Below, piece by piece: positions 39,420-52,619 of a stretch of DNA of 64,000 nucleotides. This stretch comes from Raja brachyura (taxonomy: Eukaryota), in NCBI GenBank assembly GCA_963514005.1, contig OY740782.1, positions 24,552,001 to 24,616,000 of the forward strand. The letters run 5' to 3'. Each line of letters begins with the position of its first letter. The stretch's first letter is position 1. The position numbers were made by a program, and so were the translations under genes. The notes beneath the pieces are model-generated. The model saw nothing but the letters and a program-made list of their open reading frames with translations. It was not told where the DNA came from and did not search any database.

Positions 39420-40730
39420 GCCATATTGCCCGTCAGCCACCTTGTCGCACAGACCTCTGTAGTCATGAAGACCCTTGAAAGACTTGTGCTGGCCTAGCTG
39501 CAGTTTGCATACCGGGCCAATAGATCAGTGGATGACCGAGTCAACCTAGGCTTGCACTTAGACCGCCAGGGGACCTATGCAAGGATTTTGTTTGTGGATT
39601 TTAGCTCTGCATTCCACACCATTGAGCCTGAGCTACTACACACCCAAACTCTCCCAGTTGACTGTGCCTGAACCCCTCTGTCAGTGGTACACCAACTTCC
39701 TGACAGACAGGAAGCAGCACGTGAGGCTAGGAAAACACACCTTGGACCCACACACCCTCAGCATAGGAGCACAACAAGGCTGCGTACTCTCCTTAACTCT
39801 CTCTACACCAAGGACTGCACCTCCACAGACTCCACTGTCAAGCTTCTCAAGATTGCGTATGACATTGATTGGACTGATCCAGGATGGGGAGGAATCTGCC
39901 TACAGACAGGAAGTGACACAGCTAGCGTCCTGGTGCCTTCGTAACAACCTGGAGCTCAATGCTCTTAAGACAGTGGAATTGAAAATAGACTTTAGGAAAG
40001 CTCCCCTCCCCTCCCCCCACTTACCATCAACAACACCACAGTCACTTCTGTGGAGTCTTTTAAATTCCTTGGAACCATCATCTCTAAGAACCTTAAATGG
40101 TGGGGGGGCACCATTGACTCCACAGTCAAAAAGGACCCGACAGAGAATGTACTTCCTGAGGCATCTAAGGCAACACAATCTGCCACAGGCCATGATGGTC
40201 CAATTCTATACGGCCACCGTAGAGTCTGTCCTCACCTTCTCCATCATGGTCTGTTTGGCTCAGCCACCAAGCACGACATCCGGCAGCTGCAGCGAATCGT
40301 TCGATCAGCTGAAGGTTGTTGGCTGCAACCTTCTCCCCATTGACAAACTGTACACTGGCCAGGAAGCGAGCGGGTAAGATCACTGACCCCTCGCACCCTG
40401 GCCACAAAATCTTAGAAGCACTTCCCTCTGGAAGGCGACTCCAGACTGCCAAAGCCTCCACAGCCAGACATAAAAACAGCTTTTTTACACGAGCAGTAGC
40501 TCTACTCAATAACCAAAAGTTTGTGACCTCCTTTTGCGCTGGTATTTTATTTCATTCACATGTTTAAACTATGGTGTTTTATTTTTAATGTTTTATATTT
40601 TATTCTTAATTGTTTACTGCATGTCGTGTTGTTACTTGCGAGCGGAGCACCAAGGCACATTCCTTGTACTTGTACATACCTGGGCAATAAACCTTCATTC
40701 ATTCATTCATTCATTCATTCATTCATTCAT
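39420..40730 (+). mobile_element. Rex1/Babar non-LTR retrotransposon RT 3' fragment, (TTCA)n tail
   Basis: SVVMKTLERL, LFVDFSSAF, IGAQQGCVLS, NLELNALKTVE, QRMYFLR, VESVLTFSI, LPSGRRL; frameshifted. Confidence 0.88.
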
Positions 40731-42756
40731 AATAGAGTATGTAATGGTAACTGTAATTTTCAGAACTGAACAGCAGGATGGTGTAATTTATGTCACTTGA
40801 TACATTCATTATCTTATCAGTCTCGTGAATATGTGTGAATATGCGCAATGTACTTTTGTAAAATACAGCAGACCCACACTGGCAACAGCGTGCACTGAAA
40901 ACCTGTGCTTTGTTTCTATCTAAATGCCACTGCCGTAATATCTTACAGCTACTATCAGGAGTGTGTAAACATCAAGTTTAATAACTTGATTCAGCCGGAT
41001 GCCACCAGAAGATACTGAAAGACCTTCAATCAATAAAATGTAAGAGGTGCATTTTCTGTGAATGCCTGTACCTGCATGGCAACCTTTAAGTGCGCTTTCT
41101 TATCATGCTAACGTCATTTTGGAAAATCAGAGGCTTACAAGATTAATATGATAATTCTAAAATCCCCTGAACACACAGCACGTTTGCATTATTTGCTATA
41201 TTTTTCAACAATTGGTCATTCAATTGCGGAATTACATGCCTGCCACACTTCCAGTTTGCAAATGTGTTGAACAATATTATCCTCAAGTCAATGTCAAATT
41301 ACATTTACACTTTGGTTTCTATTGAGGATGGAGCTTGACCTTTTCTTTTCACAGATGTTGTCCAATCTTTACTTCACATCCGACCATGTTACGGCATGTT
41401 GCCATTCAAGGAATGGAGGTAGTGATATCAATGTTTGAAAACAATTTGATTTATGTCTCCGAGTTTTATGACATCTGTGAATTCAGAAATCATGCCTAAT
41501 GCATCCAAGTCTTAGTCAAGTAATTGACCTTCTATTGATCTCTGGTGATCTCCACTTGACATTTCTTTACATTCTGAAAGACCATTGCTATCTCATTCAT
41601 CCGACTTCTCCAGTTTCCTTTCTTTTATGTTATATGGCCTGCAGCCTTGATGACAAGCTTTTTACTTGGCAGCCTATATGACCCAATTTTCCTCATCAGC
41701 CATCCCTCTTACTCCAAAAAAATTTTTCAGGTTAGTTGGATATGATTAGCCTTTAACATCAGTGCTAGTGTTCTCTGATCAGTCTCCACTTGCCAAAATT
41801 ACAGCTTGCACTTACTGGAAATTATTGTTTTGATATAATTTCTAATCATCAAGATTAAATGAACTGTATTGTAATTACTGGGAATCACTTTCCTGAGCAA
41901 ATTGTAATGTTCCAATCCTCAGGACCATCTCAACTGAGGTACACAAGAGTTGGCAGGTACATATTTTTGCATTATCTCTGAGACAAGTTTCAACCAAATA
42001 AAGAAGGAAGGAATCGTACGTAAATTCATGTTCAAGGAGCAGAATGAGGCCATTCTGCCCATCAGGTCTACAGTGCCATTCAATCATCGCTGATCAATCT
42101 ATCTTTCCCTCTCAACCCTATTCCCCTGGCTTCTACCCATAACCCCTGACACATGTACTAATCAAGAACCTATCAATCTCTGCCTTAAAAAATCAATGGA
42201 CTTGGCCTCCACAGCCCTCTGTGGCAATGAACTCCATAGATTCTTCACCCTCCGATTAAAGTAATTTCTTCCTCATCTTCCTAAAGGTTTGTCCTTTTAT
42301 TCTGAGGTGATGAGTTCTGGTCCTAGACTCTCCCATTAGTGGAAACATCCTCCCCACATCTATTCTACACAGCACTGGAAGGAATCCTTCAGCCAACTGA
42401 GTCTGCGCAAACCCACTACACACATGTTGACTATCTGTAGAGGCCAAATGACCTACAAACCTGCATGGTTATGGGCTGTGGAGAAAACCAGAATACCCAG
42501 AGCAAACCCACAGGATCACATGGAGAATATGCAAACGTCGTACTGATAGCATCAAAGGTTAGGATCTACTGTATTTTCCCAAATAAGCCAGGGATATTTT
42601 GGCTGGAATCTTGTCAATTTGTTCCCTAACTTCCTTCAGCCACCCAGGATGCATTGCATCTAATACCAACTGATCTAGTTGCAGTGCAGTTACCAGTAAC
42701 TCGTCTTTATCACATTTCACCTCATCCACAATCTCAATGATTGATTCCTCTGTTAT

Positions 42757-43710
42757 GGAAAATGGACAAGGGAGAGCCAGTGGATGTAATGTACCAGGAC
42801 TTTCAGAAAGCATTTGAAAGGGCCCACATAGAAAAATTAGAGCACATGGTATTGGGGGTAGGGTAATGACATGGATAGAAAATTGGTTGGCAGACAGGAA
42901 ACAAAGAGTAGGAATTAACGGGTCCCTTTCAGAATGGCAGGCAGTGAATAGTGGGGTAGTGCAAGGCTTGGTGCTGGGACTACAGCTATTTACAATATAC
43001 ATCAATGATTTAGATGAAGAGATTCAAAGTAACATTAGCAAATTTGGAGATGACACAAAGCTGGGTGGCAGTGTGAACTGTGAAGAGGATGCTATGAGGG
43101 TGCAGGGTGACTTGGACAGGTTGGGTGAGTGGGCAGATGCATGGCAGATGCAGTTTCATGTGGATAAATGTGAGGTTATCCACTTTGGAGGCAAAAACAG
43201 AAAGGCAGAGTATTATCGGAATGGTGACAGGTTGGGAAGAGGGGAAGTACAAAGAGACCTGGGGGTTCTTGTTCATCAGTCACTGAGGTACAGCAGGCAG
43301 GGAAGAAAGCGAATATTATGTTGGCCTTCATAACAAGAGGAGTTGAGTATTGGAGCAAAGAGGTCCTTCTGCAGTTGTACAGGGCCCAAGTGAGACCACA
43401 CCTGGAGTATTGTGTGCAGTTTTGGTCTTCAAATTTGAGGAAGGACATTCCTGCTATTGAGGGAGTGCAGCGTAGGTTCACGAGGTAAACTCCCGAGATG
43501 GCGGGACTGTCATGTGTTGATAGAATGGAGCGGCTGGGCCTGGATACTCTGGAATTTAGAAGGATGAGAGGGGATCTTATTGAAACATATAAGATTATTA
43601 AGGGATTGGACACGCTAGGCAGGAAACATGTTCCCGATGTTGGAGGAGTCCAGAACCAGGGACCACAGTTTAAGAATAAGGGGTAAGCAATTTGGAACGG
43701 AGACTTTTTC
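42757..43710 (+). mobile_element. CR1 LINE (family A) RT fragment
   Basis: WIENWLADRKQRV...KFGDDTKLGG...RPHLEYC. Confidence 0.92.
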
Positions 43711-43865
43711 ACATTCACACTCAGTCACACAAGAGATATTTGTCTTTTACCCACTCCTTTCTTGATTTTCATATTTTTGATTTCCATGCAACTATATACT
43801 GTGAAACTAATTTATGAAACTTGCTCTAATCAGTTTACCAAACATCATACAACAATCTAATGTTT

Positions 43866-44142
43866 AAGAAAGAACTGCAGATGCTGGAAAAATCGAAGGT
43901 AGACAAAAATGCTGGTGAAACTCAACGGATGAGGCAGTATCTAAGGAGCGAAGGAATAGGTGATGTTTCGGGTCAAGACCCTTCTTCAGACTGATGTGGA
44001 GGTGGGGGAGGGGGGGCGGAAGAAAGGAAGAGGTGGAGACTGTTGGCTGTGAGAGAGCTAGGAAGGGGAGGGGAAGGAGGGAGAAAGCAAGGACTACCTG
44101 AAATTGGAGGTCAATGTTCATACCGCTGGGGTGTAAACTGCC
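43866..44142 (-). mobile_element. Penelope terminal fragment with hammerhead-like motif
   Basis: The minus strand carries ctgaagaagggtcttgacccgaaacatc. Confidence 0.75.
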
Positions 44143-45919
44143 ATTATGTTTAACAATAAGATGGCTGAAATGTAGATTGTGGGGATATAAATGTTGCCTT
44201 GCAAATAACAAGTAAGGAAGTATATTATTGGATCAGCTGCAAGCCTAAGAATGAGATTAGTGACAAGAGACCTGAAGAAACATCTATCCGATAAATCCAC
44301 ATTGAAATTATGTACATGGTTTGTTTCAAGATGACAAATGCTTATGACAGAAACATAAGTGTGTGTAATTGTAAATAACTAGTAATATTCGGTCTTTAAG
44401 AGGAACCTATTGCTGGAGCCAAGATTCTCTTTCAGACTTCTGGGGGAGGTGACAAATCCTAGCTGGTCTCAGCCAGGCATGCATGCTCTTAAGCCAGCTT
44501 AGTTTAGTTTATTTCAGAAATACAGCGTCGCTCACCGAGTGCATTCCGACCAACGATGACCCCAACACTAGTTCATAAGTTATAGGAGCAATATTAGGCC
44601 AATTAATCTACAAAACTGCACGTCATATGGGAGGAAACCAGTTCATCAGGAGAAAACCCACGTGGTCACAGGGAGGATCAAACCCAGGCTCTGGCACTGT
44701 AAGGCACCAACTCTACCGCTGAGCCACTGTGCTGGCATCACAGTGTTCACTACCAGTATCATCAAACATCAGTTTCTGCATCTATAATGATCACCTTCTG
44801 ACTAGTGTGCACTAATTTTGTGCAAAACAGATAAACCAGCAACCCGTAACAGATTGAATCAGGTTGAATCATTGGCTGCAGGCAAAAGATCAGCGTTAAC
44901 ATTCTGAGTACATATGGGCTACAGCTTGTCCATTAATTGTTTGGAATATCAAATTTTTAATGTACACTCTCCATCTGGAGATGTCTTCTAAAGTTAATAT
45001 CTTTCTCTGTCAATTACAGGCTGCAACAGTAATTAAGCACCACTGTCTGTGCACCTTTCCTGAATATTTGCAAACACCAGCTCAGCATTATGGATCTTGA
45101 GCTTGAAGAGGTAATATTCATTATGTCAGTGCAGAATGACAATGTGCAAGAAACACCGAGTAATTGAAACAGTGCTTGGATTTGTGCTGGAGAAGCAGCA
45201 ACTCACCAAGGCTTCTTCAATATCACTTTCCAAACAAATTACCACTGCCACCAAGAAGGTCGAGGGCAGTAGGCTCAAGGGAATGGCTCTAATTGCAAGT
45301 TTCCTTCCAAGTCACACATCACTCAAAAATATAATGCCATTCCTTCATCGGTGATGGATGACAAACCTGGAACTCTCTAATAACACTGCATGGGCTCTTT
45401 TGGCACATGAACAGCATGGGTTGAAAGTCGTGCAGTCTTAAAGGAAAAACAAGGAATGACAATGCTGAAAAGCTGTGAACCATGACAAAAAATGAAAACT
45501 TGATGATTATGTGGCTGCTGACAACAACCCTGGTCTGGTGACCATTGGAGGCCCTGAAATTCAGCTGTTGCTGTTCATTGGGACCACTACGTTGGTTACG
45601 CCTCTCTCATTTGGAATTGTGAGTCCAGTTCTGGTCACCACACTTCAGAAAGGGGGTGAAAGTGCAGGAACAATGCTGGGGATTTCAGATACTTGTCAGG
45701 CTGCAGAAGCTGGCATTCTCTCCGTTAAAGGAAGAAGGTTGAGAAGTGATTTGATAGAGATCTGACAATGATATAACTTGAATATGAACTGTGTAGGAAG
45801 GAACTGCAGATGTTGGTTTACACCGGATAGACACAAAATGTTGGAGTAACTCAGCCGGACAGGCAGCATCTCTGGAGAAAAGGAATGGGTGACCTATTCT
45901 TTTTCTCCAGAGATCTTCG

Positions 45920-46220
45920 GAGGTGCTATGGTAGAGTTGCTGCCTTACAGCGAATGCAGCGCTAGAGGCCCGGGTTCAATCCTGACTAGGGGTGCTTTCT
46001 GGACGGAATTTGTACGTTCACCCCGTGATCTGTGTGGGTTCTCTCCGAGATCTTCGGTTTCCTCCCACACTCCAAAGATGTACAGATTTATAGGTTATTT
46101 GCTTGGTAAATGTAAACATTGTCCCTAGTGGGTGTAGGATAGTGTTAATATGTGGGGATCACTGGTCGGCGTGGACCTGGTGGGCCAAAGGGCCTGTTTC
46201 CAAAGGGCTGTATCTCCAAA
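45920..46220 (+). mobile_element. V-SINE (HE1-like); further partial copies at ~42400-42565 (-), ~44498-44735 (-) and ~60290-60490 (+)
   Basis: ggtagagttgctgccttacag...gggttcaatcc (A/B-box-like) and core ggtttcctcccacactccaaaga. Confidence 0.85.
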
Positions 46221-46500
46221 CTTTCCCGCCGAGTTGCTCCAGCATTTTGTATCAATCTTCGGTATGAACTGTCATTTGTCCTTTCGGAGGGCAACATGGA
46301 TTGCAGCATCATCACAAGAGTTATCAATGATTCTGAAGAATGTTGAATCATCAATGAACATCTTTCCTCTCAAGCTTATGCAGAAGCAAACTGATGAATG
46401 GAGCACTTGAAGATGGATCAGATAGGACACGCATTGGGGATTTCTGCAGCAAGTACCTGGTCACTTGATCCCAAAAGCACAGCTCGCTTTTAATAACATA

Positions 46501-47751
46501 CTAGACCGAATGGGACTGTTGGGTCCTGTCCCCTCAATGTGCGGCGTCACATACACACACTAACCCACCCCCCCACACACACACACACACATACTAACCC
46601 CCCCACCCCTTGATATTATATTAATATTATTAATTTGCCCCTTTCCCCCCAGGTAGGGGGAGGGTGAGGGGGTAAAGACGGAGGGTAGTGGGAGGTGGGG
46701 TTAGAGAAGGAGAGGAAGGGGGGTAGATTGAGGGGTGGGGGGTGGGCATGTTGCATCACAGGGGAGGGCTGATTCCCGAACGCAATACTCTACCACTCAC
46801 CCATATGTCCCAATACTCACCACTCCCTGGGGGGGGGGGGGGGGGTAGAGACGGTGTGGTGGTAGAGAGGGAGGGGGCAGAGAGGAAGGGGGCAGAGAGG
46901 GAGGGGGCAGAGAGGGAGGGGTCATAGAGAGAGAGGGAGGGTGGTAGAGGGGGAGGGGGAGTTGGAGGGGGGTAGAAAGTGAGAGGGGTAGAGGGGGAGG
47001 GGGGACAGAGAGGGAGTGGGACAGACAGGGAGGGTGGTAGAGGGAGGGGGGACAGAGGGAGAGGGGGGACAGAGAGGGAGGGGGAGTTGGAAGGGGTAGA
47101 AAGGGAGGGTGGTAGAGAGGGAGGTGGTGCAGAGAGGTAGGGGCATAGAGAGAGAGGGCGGTAGAGGGGGGTAGAGAGGGAGGAGGGTAGAGAGGGAGGA
47201 GGTAGAGAGGGAGGGGGCAGATGCGGAGGGGGTAGATGCGGAGGGGGTAGACGCGGAGGGGGTAGATGCGGAGGGGTGTAGAGGGAGAGGGGGGTAGAGG
47301 GGGAGGGGAGGACAACTTGTTCTATTTGATCTTATTTGATTGCGCACAACAGGTTGATTGAATTTGTCAATACAGGGCGGACCACGTGAAGGTTGCAATC
47401 TCCCACCCCTGCCCCATTGTGATGTCATTTGTAAATGAGATCCATTGTGAGATGGCACTGTGACATTATCAATGGAAAATGCTGCAAGAGTCTCTCACTG
47501 AAAAACAGTTAATTTTTTGAAATAATGATTACAACTTAAAAAACTTTGAAAACATAAGTTGGAATGCGACGGGAAGATATCTATCCTGTCGTGGGAAAAA
47601 ATGTGAGTAGAATGTGTGAAAATGGAAAGGCTGTGGCCTAGCATTTGGAAGAAGATACAAATTAAGGAGATTAATAGAAAGCTAACACAACCCTGGCCCA
47701 CACAGACATTTAGAATGTTAAGAATAACGGGAAGAGTTTCAGTATGATAGA
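46501..47751 (-). mobile_element. Complete non-autonomous Helitron-like element (~1.25 kb)
   Basis: The minus strand starts TCTATCATACTGAAACTCTTC and ends ggac-ccaaca-gtcc (hairpin remnant) cattcggtCTAG|T. No TSD. Confidence 0.72.
46652..47311. repeat. G-rich polypurine low-complexity tract
   Basis: Mostly G/A on the + strand; includes gcggagggg(g)taga units and a long G run. Confidence 0.95.
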
Positions 47752-48761
47752 AATATATAATTACTGATGTGTTATTAATGCTTTGCTCATTATTTGTGCT
47801 TTTATTAAACAGAAATGCTGATGGATAGATGCCTAACTTGTGTTGTCACAGTGTGTTGTCACATTGTGCAAAACTCATTATGAACTTCATCCTTTCTAAG
47901 AAAATGATGCGAGGGTGAGCTATTGTTTTATAAAACACACACTAAAATTTTCTGCAATGCTGCAGGATTCATCTTTGCCCTCATGTACAATGAGCCACTT
48001 CACAATTCATTCTTAATGGTATTTTCTGAAAAAAGTGTCTGGACATCCATTATGTTCCTCGCGTGGCACCATAACAAGGAAACAAACAAAGTATGAACAA
48101 TAATGCTCTTTTTCCCTGGCTACAACACATCTGCCCTCTTTTCTGTGCACAATCCTCCAGCTTACAGAACTTCAATTGCAAAGCATAGTCACTGAGAGAG
48201 AGCCTTGAAGTTGATAACTCGTTCTCTAAATTGTCCTTGAAATCCTTGGCAGGAGACTGATGGAATCTCCATCGAAACAGGGTACACAGCCACTTTCAGC
48301 AGTTTACGGAATTTCTCTGTGGTTTGTAGGCCAGTTGTTTAAAGGCCATCTGATCAGAGTTCAGGGCTGTCATGTGGAGGGAGGATAAAAATAATTGAGG
48401 TAACGGAATTCTATGAACAAAGGTTGTAAATTTGGTGAAAAACATAAAGGAAGCCTATTTAATGTTTAAAAAGAAATCGGACAGGGTCTTTGAGGAAGAT
48501 AAAGCAAGCAGAAAAAAACTCATGGGTGCCATTAGATGTGCCAAAAGGGGCCATGAATTTCATTGGGGTCGGAGAAATGAACATTAATATGGACATTAAA
48601 AATAAGAGGATAACCAAGGAGCAGGTAGGGCCACTCAAGGATAAAGGAGGCAATTTATACTTGGAATCAGGGGATGTAGGGGAAATTAGTACTTTTCATC
48701 TGTATTCAGGAAGAAGGACATAGAGGCCTGTGAGGTCAGTGTGAGTCATACATATGTGCAA

Positions 48762-49400
48762 GAAGGAACAGCAGATGCTGGTTTAAACCGAAGATAGACA
48801 CAAAAAGTTGGAGTATCTCAGCGGGACAGGCAGCATCTCTGGAGAGAAGGAATGGGAGATGTTTCGGGTCGAGACCCTTCTTCAGAATGGCTAGGGATAA
48901 GGGAAACTAGAGATATAGACAATGTGGAGAGATAAAGAACAATGAATGAAAGGTAAGCAAAAAAAGTAATGATGATAAAGGAAACAGGCCATTGTAAGCT
49001 GTTTGTAGGGTGAAAATGAGAATCTAGTGTGACTTGGGTGGGGGAGTTTTTAGAGAGAGAGGAAATGCCGGGGCTACCTGAAGCGAGAGAAATCAATATA
49101 CATACCACTGGTATCCTTTCATTCATTGTTCTTTATCTCTCCACATCACCGTCTATATCTCTCATTTCCCTGATCCCTAACCAGCCTGAAGAAGGGTCTC
49201 GACCCGAAACATCGCCTATCTCCTTCGCTCCTTAGATGCTGCTGCACCCGCTGAGTTTCTCCAGCTTTTTGTGTACCCTACATACCACTGGGCTGTAAGC
49301 TGCCCAAGTTAAATATGAGATGCTGTTCCTCCAATTTGCGTTTAGCCTCACTCTGACAATGGAGGAAACCGAGGACAGAAAGGTCTGTGTAGGAATAGGA
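48762..49400 (-). mobile_element. Penelope 3' fragment carrying an inverted 167-bp nested module (49112-49278)
   Basis: 13-bp TSD tacataccactgg at 49099-49111 and 49279-49291. Both parts carry ctgaagaagggtctcgacccgaaac. Confidence 0.82.
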
Positions 49401-50029
49401 AGCTCATGTCAGTGGTTGGGAAGCTATTGGAGAGGATTAATTGGGATAGGTTTACTCTAATTTGGAAGGAAATTGGCGAATTATGGGCAGTCAGCATAGC
49501 TTTACAGGTTCATGTCCTAACAACATGATTGAGACTTTTGAGGCGATGACAAGGGTGATTGATGAGGGTTGATCAGTGGGTGTTGCCTGCATGGGTTTTG
49601 TAAGGCATTTGATAAAGTAGACTGATCAAGAAGATTAAAATGCATGGAATTCACTGTGACAGTAATGAATACTTAGAATCCATTTTAAGTATGGATTCAG
49701 AACCAGCTTAGTCATAAAAGTCAGAAGGTTGTGGTGGAGGCAGATACGTTAGTAATATTTAAAATACTTTTGGATAGGAATTTGGATGAGCTGCGAAAGG
49801 GAGGGAAGTAGATTATGTGCAGGCAGATAATAGTTGTACTTGGCATCATGTTTGGCACAGATGTTGTGGGCCAAAGTGCCTGTCCTTATGCTATACTGTT
49901 CTATGTTACTCGTTTCACAATTGCCAGTTATCTTCGGACTACAGTCAGCTTCTTTCTGATGCACGTGAACCTCTGACTCACCTGAAAGGACAGCTGGGGC
50001 TCCTGGATGAAGCCCTCCTCTAACCACCT

Positions 50030-50305
50030 TCTCTAACCTCATCTACTGCATCCAGTATTCCCAATGTGGCCTCCTGAACAGTGGCGAGACCAGGTATAGA
50101 CTTGGCGACTGTTTCGCTGAACACTTGCTCTCGATCTGCCATGGCCAACTTGATCTCCCAGTTGCTAACCATATTAACTCCCCTTCACATTCCCACACTG
50201 ACCTTTCTGGCCTTGGCCTCCTCCATTGCCAGAATGTGAACTCACATTCAAACTGGAGGAACAGCACCTCATATTCTGCTTTGGTAGCTTACAACCCAAT
50301 GGCTT
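50030..50305 (+). mobile_element. Penelope GIY-YIG fragment
   Basis: NLIYCIQYSQCGLL..GET..RLGDCFAEH...VANHINSPSH. Confidence 0.82.
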
Positions 50306-50307
50306 AA

Positions 50308-51555
50308 TAGAGATTTGGGAGTTTTTTGAAGATGTGACCAAAAAGGTCGATGAGGGCAGAGCTGTAGATATTGTACATATGGACTTCAGTAAAGCATTCA
50401 ACAAGGTTCCACATGATAGGCTGCACTGTAAGGTTAGATTGCATGGGATCCAAGGAGCGTTAGCTCAATGGATAGAAAATTGTCTTCATGGAAGGAAGCA
50501 GAGGGTGATGGTGGAAGGTTGCTTCTCCGACTGGAGGCCTGTGACTAGTGGTGTGCCTCAGGGTTCGGTGCTGGGCCCGTTATTGTTTGTCATCTATATC
50601 ATTGGTTTGGATGAGAACATATAAGGCTAGATTAGCAAGTTTGCTGCTGATACAAAGGTGGGTGGTTTTGCAGATAGTGAAGATGGTTGTGAAAAATTGG
50701 AGCAGGATCTTGATCAATTGGCCAAATGCGCTGAGGAAAGGTTGATGGAATTTAATGCAGAAAAAATGAGATGTTGCATTTTGGGAGGCCTAACAAGGAC
50801 AGGACCTACACAGTGAATGGTAGGGATCTGGATAATGTTGTAGAGCAGAGGGATCTAGAGGTCAGTTGCATAGTTCCCTGAAGGTGGTGTCACAGGTAGA
50901 TCGGGTGGTCAAAACGTCATTTGGCACATTGGCCTTCATCAGTCAGAAGATTGAGTAGAGAAGTTGGGAGGCAATGTTGCAGTTGTATAAGACGTTGGTG
51001 AGACCACATTTAGAGTATTGTGTTCAGGTCTGGGCACCGTGTTATAGGAAAATGTTGTCAAGCTGGAAAGGATACAGAGAAGAATAACAAAGTTGTTTCC
51101 AGGACTAGAGAGTCTGAGCTATAGGCAGAGGTTGAGTAGGCTGGAACTCTATTCCTTGGAGCGCAGGAGGATCAGGAGTAATCTTATAGAGGTGTATAAG
51201 ATCATGAGAGGAATAGATTGGGTGGATGCACAGAGTCTCTTGCTCAGAGTAGGTGAATCAAGGACCAAAGGACATGGGTTTAAGGTGAAAGGGAAAAGAT
51301 TTAAAAGGAATCTGAGGGGTGGCTTTTTCACACAGAAGGGGGAGGATGTACTGAACAAGCTGCCAGAGGAGGTAGTTGAGGCAGGGACTATCCCAACATT
51401 TAAGAAGCAGTTAGACAGGTACATGGATAGGATAGGTTTGGAGGGATACGGTACAAGCGCAGGCAGATGGGACCAGTGTAGCTGGGACATGTTGGCAGGT
51501 GTGGGCAAGTAGGGCCAAAGGGTCTGTTTCCACACTGTAACACTCTATGACTCTC
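50308..51555 (+). mobile_element. CR1 LINE (family D, tail ctatgact) RT to 3' end
   Basis: [28 protein letters not shown]. Confidence 0.92.
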
Positions 51556-52619
51556 TCACTCCATGGCACAAACATTGAATTATTTTATTTGAATGAACCT
51601 TCTACTAACCCCCCCTCCCCCCTCACAAAATATGAAACTAATTTATGGGCCTCACTTTAAACAGTTTACAAAACAAAATGGCACACTTTAATTGGATTTA
51701 AGGAATACATGTGTATAAGGTAAGCTGCTGCAACCAAATAAATGTCATTGAGATGAATGCTGGAAAAACAAATGGCTAAAATAGAGACCAAAAGCTAGGT
51801 TAGTTGAAATGTAGATTGTGGGGATGTAAATGGTGCTGGGTCGCCAACGGGTGATGAAGTATTTTCATGGATGATAGATTAAGTGCAAGCCTAAGAGTGA
51901 GATTAATGACAAAGAACCGAAGACATAGGAAATAGGTGTAGGAGTAGGCCATTCAGCCCTTCGAGCCAGCACACCATTCAATATGATCGTGGCTGATCAT
52001 ACAAAATCAGTACCCCATTCCTGCTTTTTCCCATATCCCATGGTTCTGTTAGCCCTAAGAGCTATATCTAACTCCAACTGAACCCATATCTAACTGAAAA
52101 CATCCAGTGAATTGGCCTCCACTGCCTTCTGTGGCAGATAATTCCACAGATTCACAAATCTCTGGGTGAAGAAGTGTTACCTCATCTCAGTCCTAAATGG
52201 CCTACCCCTTGTTCTTAAACTGTGACCTCTGATTCTAGAATCCCCCAACATCAGAAACAATTTTCCTGCATCTAGCCTGTCCAATCCCTCAAGAATGTTA
52301 TGATTTATGTGGTTTGATCTATTTGATCAATCCACAGTGAAACTATGCACTTGTTTCAGAGTGAAAAATGCTTATAGTAGAAACATAAGTGTGTGTGGTT
52401 ATAAATGACTAGTAATCTTTCTTTACCCTCCACTCCAACCCCATGTGCACCACCTGGAATCCTACCTATTTCTTGCCTCCTCCTCCCCTCCCTTCCCCTC
52501 CTGCTACTTTCCTCCCTCTAGCTGAACCCATGTCCTCCAGAGATGCCGCCCGATCTGCTGAGTGACTTTATGTCGATTTATGTATTAAGCAGCATCTACA
52601 GTTCCTTGTTTCTGCCAGG

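Noticed and set aside
45920-46000. tRNA gene
   Set aside because: A/B-box-like sequence is the SINE head; no complete cloverleaf.
46797-47458. Proline/serine-rich ORFs
   Set aside because: Stop-free only because of the low-complexity pyrimidine strand.
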